Notes under the pieces: generated by a model
The model's input: only the letters and a program-made list of their open reading frames with translations
Told to the model about the DNA's origin: nothing
Databases searched by the model: none
Translations under genes and position numbers: made by a program
Shown: positions 61,091 to 64,000 of the stretch, piece by piece
Layout: each line of letters starts with the position of its first letter
Numbering within the stretch: the first letter of the stretch is position 1
Assembly (NCBI GenBank): GCA_021432655.1
Contig: MU271401.1
Coordinates: forward strand, 1 to 64,000
Length of the DNA: 64,000 nucleotides
From: Atractiella rhizophila
Taxonomy: Eukaryota
Direction of reading: 5' to 3'

Positions 61091-63987
61091 TCACTCTCCC
61101 CAGTCTAACCATTCTCCATAATAATTGGGTCGTTCTCCCCTGAGATAAGCCTCAAAAGTGCGCTTCAAGACCGTCGCCCATCCAAGATCCCTTTCGTCAT
61201 CGGAAACATCGTCGCGCCAATCGATGATGCTGTCATCATCGTCCTCCTCTTGGAGCGGCGCAACCACAGGGTCACTGGATGAAACTGAAACGCCTGTTGG
61301 TCCAGCTGATTCGGCATGTAGGCGACCTGCAGCGGTGAGCGACTTGACTTTGCGTCGTGCCTTTCGCTCGCCAGCGATGAATCGAGGTCCAAGGTCCGGC
61401 CATGAACGTCGTGGATCAAATGGCTCCCACCTTAAACGACAAAGTCAATACAACCATCAGAGCAAAGCAATAAAGATGCGCACCAGAAATTGTGGAAGTG
61501 GTACGAGAATGCACCTTTAAAGAACCCTTCCATTCCCGCAACGGCCGGGACAGCGTCCTCTTCGTTCGGAGTATCTAACATCACGCATTAGCGTTACACT
61601 GCACAAAATGGAACAGAGAGATGCATACCGAAAAAGTCTTCGAACCTCTTGAAGTAAGGGAATGGAGGTCTGTCTCTTTGATAGTATTCCGTCTAAACAC
61701 GAGCTCTTAGTCAACTCCTTTTTCCGCAGGGTGACACGTACATTCAACCAAGCCGGATCGAAAAGGGCATCAGGCAGCCGCAACAGGAGTGGTTCGACAT
61801 AGGCATCCTTCGTATATTTGCTAATCGTCATTGGGTGGAAATCGAGACCATTCTGCAACGCAGTTTTGAAGAGGAAGCTACCCATCGCACTGTTCCGATT
61901 GAGCTTGAGCACGGCGGTATTATAACTTTCAAGCCTCGACCACCGGTAAGCAAATTGTCCCTTCCATCCCCACAACTCTTCCCAATCTCTCAACAGGACG
62001 GTATCAGCATCGAGGTAGATGCCTCCGAATCGATAAGTGACCACAAAACGAACCATGTCGGACAAGACGGTAGATAATCGGTCATATCCCTGAGAGGACG
62101 TGGAACCAACGCGATGGAAGAGGTCATCAGCACCAGCTGTGGGCTCAGCGGGTGACGTTGCGGAGCGAGACATGTTTGTCGACTTCCGTGGAGGGCTCGA
62201 GTTGGAGAAGGTGGCGATAGCTGGATGAGCTTGATCCCAATCGATCGAGACCGTCTTCAATTCCTCCGCGATCGCGTTGTCCTGAGCAATCGCGTCCTCT
62301 CCTTTCATTGCTTCTCCAAACCTGCCCAACTCTTCACCGCTCAACGCTTCCTCCTCTCCATTCGCACCCACGGCCACCGCGGCCATTGGAGAAGTAGTCG
62401 GGGAGGACTTTGCCTTCTTCTTCTCATCGGGGTTCGAATATTTTACTCCACCACTGTTAAATACTGGCTTGCCCCTCCAATGTTCTTTCAGCTCGGGAAT
62501 CGCGTCCAGTTGTTCAGTTGTATTCCACAACTTGAACTTGATCACCTCTTTAAACCTCGGATGGAGGAACGGTGCCGACCACGGATTGTCTTGCAGTGTC
62601 TCGTACATCTTCTCAACACTCGCTGATGGGAGGAGAGAAGCAGGGCCGGGATTGCACCAGATCCAAAGCTGCGGACGACAGACTTTAGCAAGAAAGTCAG
62701 ACTTCGCTCTGCTGTTTTGGTCTTCCAGAGGATCGATGTGGAGACCGAGATTTTGGGTGAAGAGGAAGGAGGAGAGGGCGATATAAGGCTTATCAGTGAA
62801 AGGGCCAGTCCAGAAAATATGAAAGATCTTCGGGTGATCCGGGTCGCAGGTAGGGTCAGCGGTGGGATGCGATGGATGAGGAGTGAAGGTTTTAGGAGTG
62901 ACGCCGATAGAGTGGTCCTGGAGCTTCTTCAACGTATCAGCCTGTCTGCGTCGAATGGTTGACTCGAAATCCGTATCGTTGGCGAGAAGACCAAGCATAT
63001 CGACCTGCGTCCAATCATCGGCTGTGGTCGTCGGCGCAGTGGTAGGCGTCCAGCTTTCCTGCTCCACCTCCGCTGTCGACTTTTCGAAATAAAGATGTCT
63101 CCACCTATCCGCCTTCCCCCTCCTCGCTCTTTTATTCACATCCAACCCTGCTCCCATCCTAAGAATCTCCAAGCAATCCCTAACATACTGATTGGTCGAG
63201 AAATCGCAATAATCCATAACAATATCCAAGTCTAAAATCGAATTAGGGAATGGCCTAGGAGGATATGCAGGCGCTTGAGACGCATTTTGAGGTGCAAACG
63301 TTTTGAGTTGCGGAATAGGAAGATATTCGCGAGGAAGTCCAACGGGAACAGTGAATTGAGCAGCATCGAAGAGTCCTTGCGCTCTCATAGGTCCGAGCTG
63401 GTTGCGGCCGTCCTTTTGAAATGTGGGTCCTTGAATCTTTCCCTCGTCTATGGGCACAGCAACGTTCTTGGATAACACCGATCCATCTCTCGGAAGTCCA
63501 GGATTACGAAGCGTACTATTGATACCAGAGTTGAGAGGGATCCTTCTCCAGCTAGGATAGTGACCCGACGCAATCTCGTGTTCCCAGATCCTCCGAATTT
63601 CCTCCTTCGAGATTACTAATGTCGAGGGGTCCGATAGCAGATGACGACTCTTTCCGAAAAGAACAACCCTAAGGAACGAGAAAGAAAACAGAGCGGCAAT
63701 CACGAAAAGGACGAGAGTGGTGAGAAGAGCGAAGATCGTGCGAACGGGTGAGTAATAAAAAAAAGGGTACGTGTCCGGTGGTCTCGCACCGAAAGTGAGA
63801 GGACGTGAGTGCTGAGGATTGGGGAGTGAGGGAGGGATAAGAGGAATGGATGTCGGATGAAAGAAGTAGAGGACCGGAACCTCAACCCATCTGTGGATGA
63901 GAGGGACGTAGACTGGAAGTGGCTTGAACCATCGTGAAAGTCGAGAATTTCGAGGGATCGGCAACGGCAAAGGAGAATTTCGTCCAT
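61091..63987 (-). CDS. Glycosyltransferase family 32-like (DXD) membrane protein
   Basis: N-terminal TM helix, 'KIFHIFWTG', 'SDMVRFVVTYRFGGIYLDADT', 'NTAVLKL', 'AFSYHFHNFW'; ATG at 63987 needs a one-base correction near 63972. Confidence 0.85.
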
Positions 63988-64000
63988 TGCTGAGTTTTTC

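Overview
Eukaryotic, intron-dense fungal DNA (basidiomycete-like: ~45-60 nt GT-AG introns, microexons, very short intergenic gaps). Bases 1-5.7 kb are a nested retroelement graveyard: a Ty1/copia LTR-PBS-gag-protease remnant, a Ty3/gypsy chromovirus RNaseH-integrase-chromodomain remnant with its 3' LTR, and two inverted copies of that LTR. The chromovirus 3' UTR carries a tandem pair of ~160-nt modules whose stems are preserved by compensatory changes, a candidate structured RNA. Next to it is a patatin-NB-ARC-TPR fungal NLR with 15 near-identical 120-bp repeats, a hypervariable residue pair and a degenerate lipase active site. The rest is mostly housekeeping genes: Cir1/SreA-type GATA factor, MIP/OCT1, MED7, TIM13, 2OG-Fe oxygenase, Nup49/58-like, SIN Cdc14-like, GH47, Bem3-like RhoGAP, mito L33, RA-PH protein, APH-like kinase, pyruvate carboxylase, HGH1, LIP2, D-lactate dehydrogenase-like and GT32. 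It is interrupted at 48.9-54.1 kb by a 1.8-kb tandem duplication whose second copy carries a one-ended hAT transposon with an 8-bp target-site duplication. Gene spans are start-to-stop including introns and were spliced by eye; several single-base frameshifts look like assembly indels.
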